Below are positions 8,950 to 18,892 of a stretch of DNA of 64,000 bases, in pieces. Source of the stretch: Bacillota bacterium (lineage in GTDB: Bacteria > Bacillota > Sulfobacillia > JAJZYS01 > JAJYTV01); assembly GCA_021793215.1 (NCBI GenBank), contig JAJYTE010000008.1:14876-78875 (forward strand), read 5' to 3'. How positions within the stretch are numbered: position 1 is the first letter of the stretch; each line of letters starts with the position of its first letter. The notes under the pieces were generated by a model. The model saw only the letters and a list, made by a program, of their open reading frames with translations, did no database searches and was not told the DNA's origin. The position numbers and the translations under genes are program-made.

Positions 8950-10278
8950 ATGGATCTTCGCCCTACGTGTCACATCGATACCTACGGCTGCCAGATGAAC
9001 GAGAACGATTCCGAGATCCTCCTGGCCTACCTCGAGGAACTCGGTTACACATGGACCGACGACGTGTCCGAGGCGGACGTCGTCATGGTGAACACCTGCT
9101 GCGTGCGCGAGTCGGCGGAGGACCGCGCCTACGGCCGCCTTGGGGAGCTGAAGTCTCTCAAGGCCGCGCGGCCGGAGATCTTCATCGGCGTGGCCGGCTG
9201 CATGACGCAGCAGCCTGGCGTCGCAGAGGAGATGGCGGCGCGCTACCCGCACGTGAATCTCATCCTCGGGACGCACAACCTGCGGCGCTTCCCGGAGCTC
9301 TTCTCGGCGAGCCGTGCGGTGGACCGTCCGCTCGTCGACATCGCCGCGGAACCGGAGGAGATGCCGATCTTTCCCCGGGGCGTCCGCGATGGCGGCGTCA
9401 CGGCCTGGGTCACGATCCTGCGCGGCTGCGACAAGAGGTGCACCTACTGCATCGTGCCGTACGTGCGCGGGCGGGAGATGTCGCGGCCCGTCGAGGAGAT
9501 CGTCGCGGAGGTGGAGGCGCTCGTAGGGGACGGCGTGCGCGAGGTGACGCTGCTCGGCCAGAACGTAAACGCCTACGGCAAGGACCTGTCGGGCGGCCAG
9601 ATCAACTTCGCGACGCTGCTCCTGGCGCTCGACGAGGTAGAAGGGCTCGAGCGGATCCGCTACACCACATCGCACCCGCGGGATTTCACGCAGGAGATGG
9701 TCGAGGCGATCGCGCAGACCGAGAAGGTGTGCGAGCATTTCCACGTGCCCGTGCAGTCCGGGGCGAACCACATGCTCCGGCGCATGGCGCGCGGCTACAC
9801 GCGCGAGCGCTACGTCGACCTGATCGAGCGGATCCGCAGGTCGCATCCGACCGCCTCGATCACCACCGACCTGATCGTCGGCTTCCCCGGCGAGACGGAG
9901 GAGGACTTCGCCGAGACGCTAAACCTCTGCGAGGAACTGCGCTTCGACAAGTCGTACACGTTCATGTACTCGCCGCGCAAGGGCACCCCAGCCGCGGACT
10001 TCCCGGAGCACATCCCACTCGCCCTGAAGAAGGAGCGCCTCGCGCGCCTGATCGAGGTGACGGACAGGCTCTCGCGCGACGCGAACGAGCGTGCGATCGG
10101 CAGCGAGGTCGAGGTGTTGGTCGAGGGCGTGTCGAAGAAGAACGCCCTGCGCCTGATGGGTCGCACGCGCCAGAACCAGCCGGTCGTGTTCCCGGGAGAT
10201 GGCAGTTGGGCCGGTCAGCTCCGCAGGGTGCGCGTGGCGCGCGCGAACACATGGACATTGGAGGGAGAAGTCCTATGA
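8950..10278 (+). CDS. miaB: tRNA-i6A37 methylthiotransferase MiaB (radical SAM plus TRAM domain).
   Basis: The N-terminus TYGCQMNENDSE is the MTTase N-domain motif. A CxxxCxxC radical-SAM cluster (CDKRCTYC) and a C-terminal TRAM-like domain follow. A GGAGG RBS precedes the ATG. Confidence 0.9.
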   Translation: MDLRPTCHIDTYGCQMNENDSEILLAYLEELGYTWTDDVSEADVVMVNTCCVRESAEDRAYGRLGELKSLKAARPEIFIGVAGCMTQQPGVAEEMAARYPHVNLILGTHNLRRFPELFSASRAVDRPLVDIAAEPEEMPIFPRGVRDGGVTAWVTILRGCDKRCTYCIVPYVRGREMSRPVEEIVAEVEALVGDGVREVTLLGQNVNAYGKDLSGGQINFATLLLALDEVEGLERIRYTTSHPRDFTQEMVEAIAQTEKVCEHFHVPVQSGANHMLRRMARGYTRERYVDLIERIRRSHPTASITTDLIVGFPGETEEDFAETLNLCEELRFDKSYTFMYSPRKGTPAADFPEHIPLALKKERLARLIEVTDRLSRDANERAIGSEVEVLVEGVSKKNALRLMGRTRQNQPVVFPGDGSWAGQLRRVRVARANTWTLEGEVL

Positions 10279-10568
10279 CGACGCGAGCGGAGATCCTGCA
10301 CCGCGCGCGTGAGCTCGCGGACGCGGTGGCGGACTCCGAGGAGATCGCGGAGCTGCAGCGCTGCGAAGCGGCGCTCGCGGAGCTGCAGGGCAGGGATGCG
10401 GAGAGCTTGGCGGACGACCCGAGGGCCACCGCCTACGCGGCTGCCAAGGATCGCGCCGAGCGGCTGATCCGTCAAGTTTCGTCGGCGTTCCTCTTCCCGC
10501 TCACCGGCAGCCTGCAGCAGGGAGGCCGACCGGGCGCCGCGTGCGCAGGCTGCGAGCGTACCGCCTAG
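10275..10568 (+). CDS. YmcA/YlbF/YheA-family (UPF0342) small helical protein.
   Basis: 97-aa acidic helical protein. It is translationally coupled to miaB (ATGA overlap). Its position between miaB (ymcB) and mutS matches the Bacillus ymcB-ymcA-mutS arrangement. Confidence 0.5.
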   Translation: MTTRAEILHRARELADAVADSEEIAELQRCEAALAELQGRDAESLADDPRATAYAAAKDRAERLIRQVSSAFLFPLTGSLQQGGRPGAACAGCERTA

Positions 10569-10584
10569 GCCAGGAGGGAATCGC

Positions 10585-13083
10585 GTGTCGGAGCGTACCC
10601 CGCTGATGCAGCAGTACGAGCGCCTGAAGGCGGAGAACCCCGGTGCGCTGCTCTTCTTCCGCCTTGGCGACTTCTACGAACTCTTTGGTGAGGATGCGGA
10701 GGTGGCGGCACCCATCCTCGAGATCGTCCTCACGTCACGCGACCAGAAGACGCCGATGTGCGGCGTGCCGCACCATGCGGTGGACGCCTACGTGGGCAGG
10801 CTGGTGGCGGCAGGGTACCGCGTGGCGATCTGCGAGCAGATGGAGGATCCCGCGAGCGCGAAAGGACTCGTGCGGCGCGAGGTGGTGCGCGTCGCGACGG
10901 CGGCGACCTACCAGGCGGAAGGGGACGAGCTCTCACGGTGGCTCGGCGTGATCGTGCAGGCGGACGAGGGCGTCGGCCTCGCGCTCCTCGACATCAGCCA
11001 TGGGCGCTTCCGCGTCGCCGCCCTGCGTGGGAGGGATCCGCAGCAGCGGGCGCGGCGAGAGATGCAGCGCGCCGGTGCGGCGGAACTGCTGCTCTCAGGG
11101 GCTGAAGCAGGGGAGCTCGCCACCCTGGTGCAGGCTCCCCTGCCGTCGCCCGAAGCGGTCCACGCGAGCCGCACATCGCTCGCCTCCGCGGTGCGGCATC
11201 TGCCCCCACCGGCGCAGGAGGCTGCGGTGCTCGGCCACGCCTACCTCGCTGAGACCCAGCGCGGAGCGCTTGCGCACCTCGAGTCGCCGTACCTCTACGA
11301 GGTGGAGCACGGGCTCGGCATCGACCCGGCCACCCGGCGCAACCTCGAACTCGTGCAGCGGCTCGACGGGTCGCGCGAGGGGTCGCTCCTCTGGGTGCTC
11401 GACGAGACGCGCACCGCGCTTGGACGCCGACTGCTGCGCGAGTGGATCGAGCGTCCGCTGCTCGAGCGCGGGGAGATCGTCGCGCGCCATGAGGCGGTCG
11501 CGGCGCTGCTCGCGGCGGGGATGCAGCGCGGTCGCCTGCGCGATGCGCTCTCGGGCGTGCGGGACATCGAGCGCCTGCTCGCGAGGATCAGCGCCGGTCA
11601 GGCGGGTCCCCGCGAGTACTTGGCACTCGGCCAGACGCTCAGGGCCTGCCCCGAGATCGCGGGGATCGCAGCCGACTTGGAGGCGGACCTCGTCGCCGCG
11701 CTCGCCGTTCCCCTGCGCGAGGAGCTCGCTCTCGCAGGAGAAGTCCTGCGCTCGATCGTCGACGATCCGCCGGCCAGCGCGCGCGACGGCGGCTTCGTGC
11801 GCGAGGGGCTCGACGCCGAGATCGATCGGCTGCGCGCCGCACAGGGCGGCGCCAAGGAGTACCTCGCGGCCTTCGAGCGCACGGCGCGGGAGTCGACGGG
11901 GATCCGCGGGCTGAAGGTCGGGTTCAACAAGGTCTTCGGCTACTACATCGAAGTGAGCCGCGCGAACGTGTCGCTCGTGCCGCCCGCGTGGGAGCGCAGG
12001 CAGACGACGGCGAACGCCGAGCGGTACGTCACGGACGAGCTGCGCCGCCAGGAGGAACTGATCCTGCGCGCGGAGCGCGAGCTCTCACAGCGCGAGGCTG
12101 CCGTGCTGGAGAGGCTGCGCGGTGCGGTCCTGGATCGGGCCGACGAGATCCGAAAGAGGGCGGCCGCGCTGGCGGGCCTCGACTGCCTGCAGTCCTTCGC
12201 GGAGGCGGCACGCCGCAGGCGCTACGTGCGCCCCGAGATGCGCGAGGAGCCGGTTCTCGAGATCGCGGGAGCGCGCCACCCTGTCGTGGAAGCGCTCCTG
12301 CCGGACGGCCAGTTCGTCGCGAACGACGTCTCGCTCGACGCGCGCGCGGCACGCCTCTCGCTGATCACCGGACCCAACATGGGCGGCAAGTCGACCTACC
12401 TGCGCCAGGTGGCCCTGATCCAGGTGATGGCGCAGGCCGGCGCCTTTGTGCCGGCAGAGCGCGCCGAGATCGGCATCGCCGATCGGGTCTTCACGCGGGT
12501 CGGCGCGTCCGACGACCTGACGCGCGGCGTCTCGACGTTCATGGCGGAGATGCTCGAGGTGTCGCTGATCCTGCGCGAGGCGTCAGCGCGCAGTCTCGTC
12601 GTGCTTGACGAGGTCGGCCGGGGAACGGGCACGGCCGATGGCGTCGCGATCGCCGCGGCCGTCACGGAGTACCTCGCAGCCGTCGTTCGCTGCCGCGCCC
12701 TCGTCGCGACCCACTACCTCGAGCTGTGCGCGCTTTCCCAGGAGTACGGAGCGGTGCGCAACCACACCGTCGCCGTGGCGGAGGAGGGCAAGCACGTCGT
12801 CTTCCTGCACCGCATCGTCCCCGGGGCCGCCAGTCGGTCGTACGGCCTGGACGTCGCGCGCCTTGCCGGGCTGCCGGAGGCAGTGCTCGGTCGCGCCGCG
12901 GGGCGTCTACGGGACGGCATGCCGTCGCAGCGGCCCTCGGAGGAGAGCCAGCTCGCCCTCTTCCCCGTGGCGCCGCATCCTGCGCTCGTGCACCTGCAGC
13001 GCCTCGACCCCCAGCGCATGACGCCGCTCGAGGCGCTCGTCGAACTCGCGGAACTGCACCGGCTCGCAGAGGAGGACGCCTGA
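10585..13083 (+). CDS. mutS: DNA mismatch repair protein MutS.
   Basis: The N-terminus TPLMQQYERLKAENPGALLFFRLGDFYELFGEDAE is canonical. Walker A GPNMGGKST is present. 832 aa. GTG start with a GGAGGG RBS. Confidence 0.95.
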   Translation: MSERTPLMQQYERLKAENPGALLFFRLGDFYELFGEDAEVAAPILEIVLTSRDQKTPMCGVPHHAVDAYVGRLVAAGYRVAICEQMEDPASAKGLVRREVVRVATAATYQAEGDELSRWLGVIVQADEGVGLALLDISHGRFRVAALRGRDPQQRARREMQRAGAAELLLSGAEAGELATLVQAPLPSPEAVHASRTSLASAVRHLPPPAQEAAVLGHAYLAETQRGALAHLESPYLYEVEHGLGIDPATRRNLELVQRLDGSREGSLLWVLDETRTALGRRLLREWIERPLLERGEIVARHEAVAALLAAGMQRGRLRDALSGVRDIERLLARISAGQAGPREYLALGQTLRACPEIAGIAADLEADLVAALAVPLREELALAGEVLRSIVDDPPASARDGGFVREGLDAEIDRLRAAQGGAKEYLAAFERTARESTGIRGLKVGFNKVFGYYIEVSRANVSLVPPAWERRQTTANAERYVTDELRRQEELILRAERELSQREAAVLERLRGAVLDRADEIRKRAAALAGLDCLQSFAEAARRRRYVRPEMREEPVLEIAGARHPVVEALLPDGQFVANDVSLDARAARLSLITGPNMGGKSTYLRQVALIQVMAQAGAFVPAERAEIGIADRVFTRVGASDDLTRGVSTFMAEMLEVSLILREASARSLVVLDEVGRGTGTADGVAIAAAVTEYLAAVVRCRALVATHYLELCALSQEYGAVRNHTVAVAEEGKHVVFLHRIVPGAASRSYGLDVARLAGLPEAVLGRAAGRLRDGMPSQRPSEESQLALFPVAPHPALVHLQRLDPQRMTPLEALVELAELHRLAEEDA

Positions 13084-14798
13084 TGCCGATCCGCGAGCTC
13101 CGCGCCGAGGTGATCAACCAGATCGCCGCCGGCGAGGTGGTCGAGCGCCCCGCCTCCGTCGTCAAGGAGCTCGTCGAGAACAGTCTGGACGCTGGAGCGC
13201 ACCGGATCGTCGTGCGCATCGAGGCGGGCGGCGTCTCCCGCATCGAGGTGCTGGACGACGGCGGCGGGATGTCCCCCGACGAGCTGCCGCTCGCCTTGCG
13301 GCGCCACGCGACCTCCAAGCTCTGGACGCTCGGGGACCTTGATGACCTGCCGAGCTACGGCTTCCGGGGGGAGGCGCTGCCGGCGATCGCCGCCGTCTCC
13401 CGGCTGCGCATCGCGTCACGCGCGACCGGCAGTGATGTCGGGTACCTGTACGACGCGGGATCCTTTCGCCCGGTGCCGACCGCGATGGCCGCCGGGACCC
13501 GCGTTACGGTCGAGGACCTCTTCGGCAGCGTCCCCGCGCGACGCAAGTTCCTGCTGGCGCCAGAGTCGGAGGCGCGCAAGGTTGCCGCCGCACTCGAGCG
13601 CCTTGCGCTCGCTGCACCGAAGGTCTCGTTTCTGCTGGAGATCGAGGGGCGAGAGGTACTGCGCACCGGCGGCACGGGCAACCTCGTCGAGGCGTTCGCC
13701 GACATCTTCGGACGTGAACTGGCCGAGACGCTTCAACCCGTCAAGCTGCGCTGGCCCGCCGGTTCCGTGGAGGGGCTCACGAGCCGGCCTGGCCGCGACC
13801 GCGGCAACCGCCAGCTGCAGTTCTGGTCCGTCGGGGGACGCCCGGTGTCGGCGGGGAGCCTGCGCTTCGCCGCGGAGGCCGCCTACCAGGGGCGGCTGCT
13901 GAAGGGACGCTTCCCGCTCTACTGCCTGCGCATCGAGGTCCCCATCGGCGACGTCGATGTGAACGTCCACCCGGCGAAGCTCGAGGTGCGCTTTCGCCGC
14001 GAGCGCGACGTGGCGGCCCTCGTGCGGGCCGCGGTGGCGGACGCGATCGGCGCGTCCGACCCGCCTGCGCCCTACAAAACCGCGGGGGGGGCGGGACAGG
14101 CTTCGGCGGACGCGGCGCCCGCGGCGCTCTTCCTCGGGGAAGGGACGTTGGAGTACAGCGGCGGATGGGCGCCCAGGGAAGTGGCGGCGGCCACGGCTGC
14201 GGATCCGCCCGCCCTGCAGCCTGCCGCCCGCGGTGCGGCGCCGCGCCCGATAGGGCAGGCGCACGGCCTCTTCCTCGTGGCGCAGGACCATGACGCCCTC
14301 TACCTCTTCGACCAGCACGCGGCGCACGAACGGATCGGCTACGAGCGCCTGGGGGAGGCGTCCGAGCGGTCCGCGCAGCTCCTGCTCGCCCCGGTCGTAC
14401 TGCGCCTTGGACCAGAGCAGGCGGCTGCGCTCGTCGCCTCGCTCGACTCGCTGGCGGAGTACGGCTTTCAGGTGGAGCCGTTCGGCGCGCGCGATGCGCT
14501 CGTGCGGTCGGTGCCGCGCATCTTCGGCCAGGCGGCGGACGCCAAGGTGCTCCTCGAAATCCTCGATGCGGTCGGCGGCGTCGGCGAGCACCCCGTGGAG
14601 CGCCTCGAGCGCGTGCGGCGTGAGATCGCAGCCTGCCGCGCCTCTGTGAAAGCGAACGACCGGCTCTCCGTGATGGAGCAGGCTGCACTGATCGAGCAGC
14701 TGTGGCGCTGCGAGGAACCGCGCTTCTGCCCACACGGGCGGCCGACGTTCCTGCGCCTGACGGCTGAGGAGATCAAGGCGAGGCTCGGTCGAAGGTGA
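13083..14798 (+). CDS. mutL: DNA mismatch repair protein MutL.
   Basis: The N-terminus IRELRAEVINQIAAGEVVERPASVVKELVENSLDAG carries the GHKL ATPase motifs. Its ATG overlaps the mutS TGA. The track start at 12726 is over-extended. Confidence 0.95.
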   Translation: MPIRELRAEVINQIAAGEVVERPASVVKELVENSLDAGAHRIVVRIEAGGVSRIEVLDDGGGMSPDELPLALRRHATSKLWTLGDLDDLPSYGFRGEALPAIAAVSRLRIASRATGSDVGYLYDAGSFRPVPTAMAAGTRVTVEDLFGSVPARRKFLLAPESEARKVAAALERLALAAPKVSFLLEIEGREVLRTGGTGNLVEAFADIFGRELAETLQPVKLRWPAGSVEGLTSRPGRDRGNRQLQFWSVGGRPVSAGSLRFAAEAAYQGRLLKGRFPLYCLRIEVPIGDVDVNVHPAKLEVRFRRERDVAALVRAAVADAIGASDPPAPYKTAGGAGQASADAAPAALFLGEGTLEYSGGWAPREVAAATAADPPALQPAARGAAPRPIGQAHGLFLVAQDHDALYLFDQHAAHERIGYERLGEASERSAQLLLAPVVLRLGPEQAAALVASLDSLAEYGFQVEPFGARDALVRSVPRIFGQAADAKVLLEILDAVGGVGEHPVERLERVRREIAACRASVKANDRLSVMEQAALIEQLWRCEEPRFCPHGRPTFLRLTAEEIKARLGRR

Positions 14799-15676
14799 GG
14801 GCGCGCATTGCCGTCTTCGGACCGACGGCGGTCGGCAAGACGAAGTTCGCGATCGAACTCGCCCGCAAGGTCGGCGGCGAGATCGTCAACGCCGACGCGG
14901 TGCAGCTCTATCGCGGCTTCGATCGCGGCAGCGCGAAGCCCTCGCTCGCAGAGCAGGGCGGGGTGGCCCATCATCTCCTGGATATCGCCGACCCCGAGAT
15001 GCCGGTGAGCGTTGCCCTCTACCAGGAGATCGCGGAGAAGGTGATGGTCGAGATCGAGCGGCGCGGCGCCGTTCCGATCGTCACCGGGGGTTCCGGGCTC
15101 TTCCTGCGAGCGGCGATGGGGGAGTGGGACGACTTCGGTGCGCCGCCGAACCCTGAGGTGCGCAGATGGGCCGCGAGCGTGGATGTCGCGCAGGTCTGCG
15201 ACCGTGCCATGTCGGTCGACCCTGCGGCGGCGGGCCGCCTCTCGCCGGGAGACCGTCCGCGCCTGGTGCGGGTGATCGAGCGTGCGCTTTCGCCGAGAAC
15301 GACGGCGAGTCGAGGGCTTCGGGCGCGCTTCCTCAAGATCGGGCTGCAGCGGCCGCGTCCGGAGCTGTACGCCCGGATCGACGCGCGTGCCGCGCTGCTC
15401 TTCCCTGCGCTGTCGGAGGAGACCCCGAGACTGATCGCGCGCGGCGAAGCGGCGGAGGTCCTCGTGCGGCGAACGCTCGGCTACCGGGAAGCGGCCCGCG
15501 CGATGGATGGCGAACTGTCACCAGAGGAGGCGCTCGCGGTCCTTCGGCAGGGCACGCGGCGCCTTGCGAAGCGCCAACTGTCCTGGTGGCGCGGCGAAGC
15601 GAACGCGATCTGGGTGCGTCCGGATGACGGCATTGGGCAACTCGGACCCACGTTGGTGGGGCACTGTTCCCGTTGA
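14795..15676 (+). CDS. miaA: tRNA dimethylallyltransferase MiaA.
   Basis: P-loop GPTAVGKT followed by ...NADAVQLYRGFDRGSAKPS...HHLLDI. GTG start overlapping the mutL stop. No hfq follows it. Confidence 0.9.
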   Translation: MRARIAVFGPTAVGKTKFAIELARKVGGEIVNADAVQLYRGFDRGSAKPSLAEQGGVAHHLLDIADPEMPVSVALYQEIAEKVMVEIERRGAVPIVTGGSGLFLRAAMGEWDDFGAPPNPEVRRWAASVDVAQVCDRAMSVDPAAAGRLSPGDRPRLVRVIERALSPRTTASRGLRARFLKIGLQRPRPELYARIDARAALLFPALSEETPRLIARGEAAEVLVRRTLGYREAARAMDGELSPEEALAVLRQGTRRLAKRQLSWWRGEANAIWVRPDDGIGQLGPTLVGHCSR

Positions 15677-15811
15677 CAACGGGGGATTCGTTCGCTTGCG
15701 CAGAAAGGATTTCTGAACCAGCCCGCGAATACTGCTGAACAATCTACATGGGAGGTGGTGGAACTCCGCTCCCACTGTGTTCGAGCATCTTGAAGGGAGG
15801 GTTCTCTACAG

Positions 15812-17449
15812 TTGGCAACAGCGACAGCTCCTGCGACAAGTGGCAACCTTCGTCGCGAGTTGACCTTCCTTGACCTGACGATGACGTCGCTCGGCGGTAT
15901 CATCGGGTCCGGATGGTTGTACGGTGCCTGGAAGGGCGGGTATCTCGCCGGCCCCTCCGCCGACCTCTCATGGGTGATCGGCGGCATCGCGGTTCTGCTG
16001 ATCGGACTTGTCTACGCCGAGCTCGGCGGCATGCTGCCGGAGGCCGGTGCAATCGTGCGTTACCCTCAGTACTCCCACGGAACCTTCGTCAGCTACATCA
16101 TGGGCTGGGGCGCGTTGATCGCGTACGCTTCCGTTCCGCCGATCGAGGCGGAGGCGGCGGTGCAGTTCATGGGGTACTACTGGCACGCGGTGTACAACAC
16201 CGCGACCGGATCATTGACTGCGACCGGCATCTGGATGTCGGTGGCCTTCATGCTCCTGTTCTTCTTCATCAACTACTTCGGAGTCTGGATCTTCGGCAAG
16301 ACGAACACCGTCTGGACGCTGATCAAGCTCGCGGTGCCGACGCTCGCCGTGATCGTGCTCCTCTTCGGCGGTCACTTCAACGGCGCCAACTTCACGGCAT
16401 TCGGCGGGTTCACGCCGAATGGCAGTTCGGCGATCTTCGCCGCAGTACCGCTCGGCGGCATCATCTTCGCCTACCTGGGATTCAGGCAGGCGCTAGACCT
16501 TGCCGGCGAGGCGAAGAACCCGCAGCGCGACGTGCCGCGCGCCGTCCTGACTGCGATCATCATCGGCGTTGTGCTGTACGTCTTCCTGCAGAGCGTCTGG
16601 GTCGGCAACATGCCGGCTTCGCAGCTCGCGCATGGATGGGCCGGCACCAAGGGTGAGTTCACCGCTCCATTCTCCGACCTCGCGAATCTCGCCGGGTTCG
16701 GCTGGCTGGCCGTGATCCTGCTGATCGACGCGATCTGGTCCCCGAGCGGGACCGGCAACGTCTACCTCGCGTCGACCTCGCGCGTGATGTTCGCGATGTC
16801 GAAGAACCGCTACTTCCCGAAGTTCCTGCTCTGGGTCCACCCGAAGAGCGGCGTGCCCCTCTGGGCGCTCACGCTAACCGGCGTCCTGGGCCTCGCCTTC
16901 CTGCTGCCGCTTCCATCATGGTCACAGCTCGTGGGACTCGTCTCGAACGCGACGGTGTTCACCTACATCATCGGTCCGGTCGCGATCGCGGTCCTGCGCA
17001 AGACCATGCCCAACCTGCCCAGGCCGTTCCACCTGAAGGGCATCGGGTTCTTCGGACCGGCCGCGTTCGTCGTCGCGTCGCTGATCCTCTACTGGTCCGG
17101 TTGGTCGGTCGACGCGCCCGTGGCGCTCATCCTGCTGATCGGCATCCTGCTCTACGCCTACGGTGTCACGACCTTCGCGGATGACACGACGATCTACTCG
17201 TGGCAGTACGTCAAGGCCGGCATCTGGCTCGTCGTGTACATCATCGTGATGCTCGTGATGACCTACATCGGGTCGTCCAACTTCGGCGCCCCGCACCAGC
17301 TGATCCCCTACCCGTGGGACATCCTGGTGGTGGCGGTCGTCGCGCTCGCGTTCTACTACTGGGGTGTCGCGAGCGGCTTCACGACCTACGAGGTCGAGGC
17401 GAAGAACAAGGAACTGGGATCCGGTCCGTCGCGGGCTTCGGCGGACTGA
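15812..17449 (+). CDS. APC-superfamily amino-acid permease.
   Basis: 545-aa, 12-transmembrane-like protein with an N-terminal GGIIGSGWLYG motif typical of amino acid/polyamine/organocation transporters. TTG start with a GAAGGGAGGG RBS. Confidence 0.8.
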   Translation: MATATAPATSGNLRRELTFLDLTMTSLGGIIGSGWLYGAWKGGYLAGPSADLSWVIGGIAVLLIGLVYAELGGMLPEAGAIVRYPQYSHGTFVSYIMGWGALIAYASVPPIEAEAAVQFMGYYWHAVYNTATGSLTATGIWMSVAFMLLFFFINYFGVWIFGKTNTVWTLIKLAVPTLAVIVLLFGGHFNGANFTAFGGFTPNGSSAIFAAVPLGGIIFAYLGFRQALDLAGEAKNPQRDVPRAVLTAIIIGVVLYVFLQSVWVGNMPASQLAHGWAGTKGEFTAPFSDLANLAGFGWLAVILLIDAIWSPSGTGNVYLASTSRVMFAMSKNRYFPKFLLWVHPKSGVPLWALTLTGVLGLAFLLPLPSWSQLVGLVSNATVFTYIIGPVAIAVLRKTMPNLPRPFHLKGIGFFGPAAFVVASLILYWSGWSVDAPVALILLIGILLYAYGVTTFADDTTIYSWQYVKAGIWLVVYIIVMLVMTYIGSSNFGAPHQLIPYPWDILVVAVVALAFYYWGVASGFTTYEVEAKNKELGSGPSRASAD

Positions 17450-17467
17450 TCCGACAAGGCCAACCGG

Positions 17468-17502
17468 GAAAGGCCCGACCTCTTCGGAGGTCGGGCCTTT
17501 CC
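17468..17502. terminator. Bidirectional rho-independent terminator hairpin between two convergent genes.
   Basis: Perfect 14-bp inverted repeat AAAGGCCCGACCTC-TTCG-GAGGTCGGGCCTTT. It lies between the permease stop (17449) and the peptidase stop (17524). Confidence 0.6.
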
Positions 17503-17523
17503 CCATCGCCGGGGAGATGCGCG

Positions 17524-18857
17524 CTACCGTGCCGCGAGTTCCACGATGGCGTCAGCGTAGATCTGCGCGGCGCGGACGAGGTCCTCGACGAACACATGCT
17601 CATCCGCCTGGTGCGCTGTCTCCGGGCGCCCCGGGAACTGCGGACCGAACGCAACCGCGTGACCCAGGGTACGCGCGTAGGTGAGGCCGCCCATCGTGCC
17701 CGGCGCCGTCGAGTCTCCCGTGCGGCTGCGGTAGACGGTGAGCAGGCGCTGCACCAGGGGGTCCTCGGGAGGGACCCAGTGGACGGGCGCGTCGAACTCC
17801 TTCACAACCCTCGCGCCCAAAGGGCGCACTCTCTCCGCCACGATCTTCGCGATCTCATCGCCCTGCACGCCGTGCGGGTAGCGGATGTCCAGCCAGACAC
17901 GCGTTCCCGTGGCGTCGTGGTTCACGATGCCGAGGTTCAGCGTGAGGCCGCCAAGGTCCGGATCCTCGCGCCAGATCCCGAGAGACTGTCCGTCGGTGTC
18001 GGAGGTCAGGAGTTCGAGCAGCGGATCGGCGAGCTGGTCGCCGAACAGGCGGACCGCCTCGCGCACCGCGTTCGTGCCGAGCTCGGGCACCGAGCCGTGG
18101 GCGCCCGCTCCGAGAACCTCGAAGGAGCGCTGCGGGTCGTTGTCGTCCGGCACGACCTGCACCCCGAGTTCGCGGGCGCGCTCAACGACGAAAGCTGCGG
18201 GCAGCTTCTGCGCGAACTCGAGGCGCGCGCGGTCCGGTACGACGTTCGACTGCTGCCCGGCCTCCATCAGGTAGCGCTGCGGCGCGCGCGGATCGCGCTC
18301 GATGCGCAGCGTGAGGCCGCCCTTCTCGCCGTGGATCAGGGGGAATTCACTGTCCGGCGTGAATCCGAGCGTCGGACGCTCGGCGTGCTGCAGGTAGTGC
18401 TCCATGCACTGCCAGTAGCTCTCCTCATCACCGCCGGCGATCAGGCGGACGCGCCGCCGCAGTGGCGGTCCTTGGGACGCGACGGCCGCGAGCGCGCACA
18501 GCGCCGCTGCGGCGGGTCCCTTGTCGTCGATCGCGCCCCGCCCGAACAGCCTGCCGTGCTCGACGATCCCGGCGAGCGGTGAGACGGTCCACCCGTCGCC
18601 TTCCGGCACGGTGTCGAGGTGTACGAGGACAGCGAGGATCTCCTCGCCCTGTCCGATCTCCACCTCGATCGCGTAGCCATCATAGTCGCGCACGGCGGTC
18701 AGGCCCATCCCTTCGGCCGAGCTCCGGAAGGCGTTGAACGCCTGGCGTACGCCCGTGCCGAACGGGGCGCCCGGCTGGGGCGCTTCGCGAACCGAGCGGA
18801 TGCGGATCAGGGCGCGGGCCACCCGCACGATATCCTCGGACGAGATCTGCCAGTCCA
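17524..18857 (-). CDS. M20-family dipeptidase (Sapep/PepV-like).
   Basis: Metal-ligand motifs HLDTVPEG, GRGAIDDKG and a GGDEE-like segment. 444 aa from the MDWQ start. The track start at 18966 is over-extended. Confidence 0.8.
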
Positions 18858-18892
18858 TGCAGGCATGTCTCCTCTCCGACGGGTACGCGTCT

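Noticed and set aside
13416-14735. 439-aa antisense ORF inside mutL, and similar long antisense ORFs (e.g. 2003..3220, 8967..10568 beyond 10275, 11000..11914, 37334..38077, 38281..39474, 40976..42778, 45293..46165).
   Set aside because: All are low-complexity Arg/Ala/Pro-rich translations antisense to, or frame-shifted from, genes with clear homology. In a ~72% GC genome such ORFs are expected by chance.
12726-14798. Over-extended MutL ORF start inside mutS.
   Set aside because: The conserved MutL N-terminus begins at the ATG overlapping the mutS stop (13083). The upstream extension is Arg/Gly-rich and has no homology.
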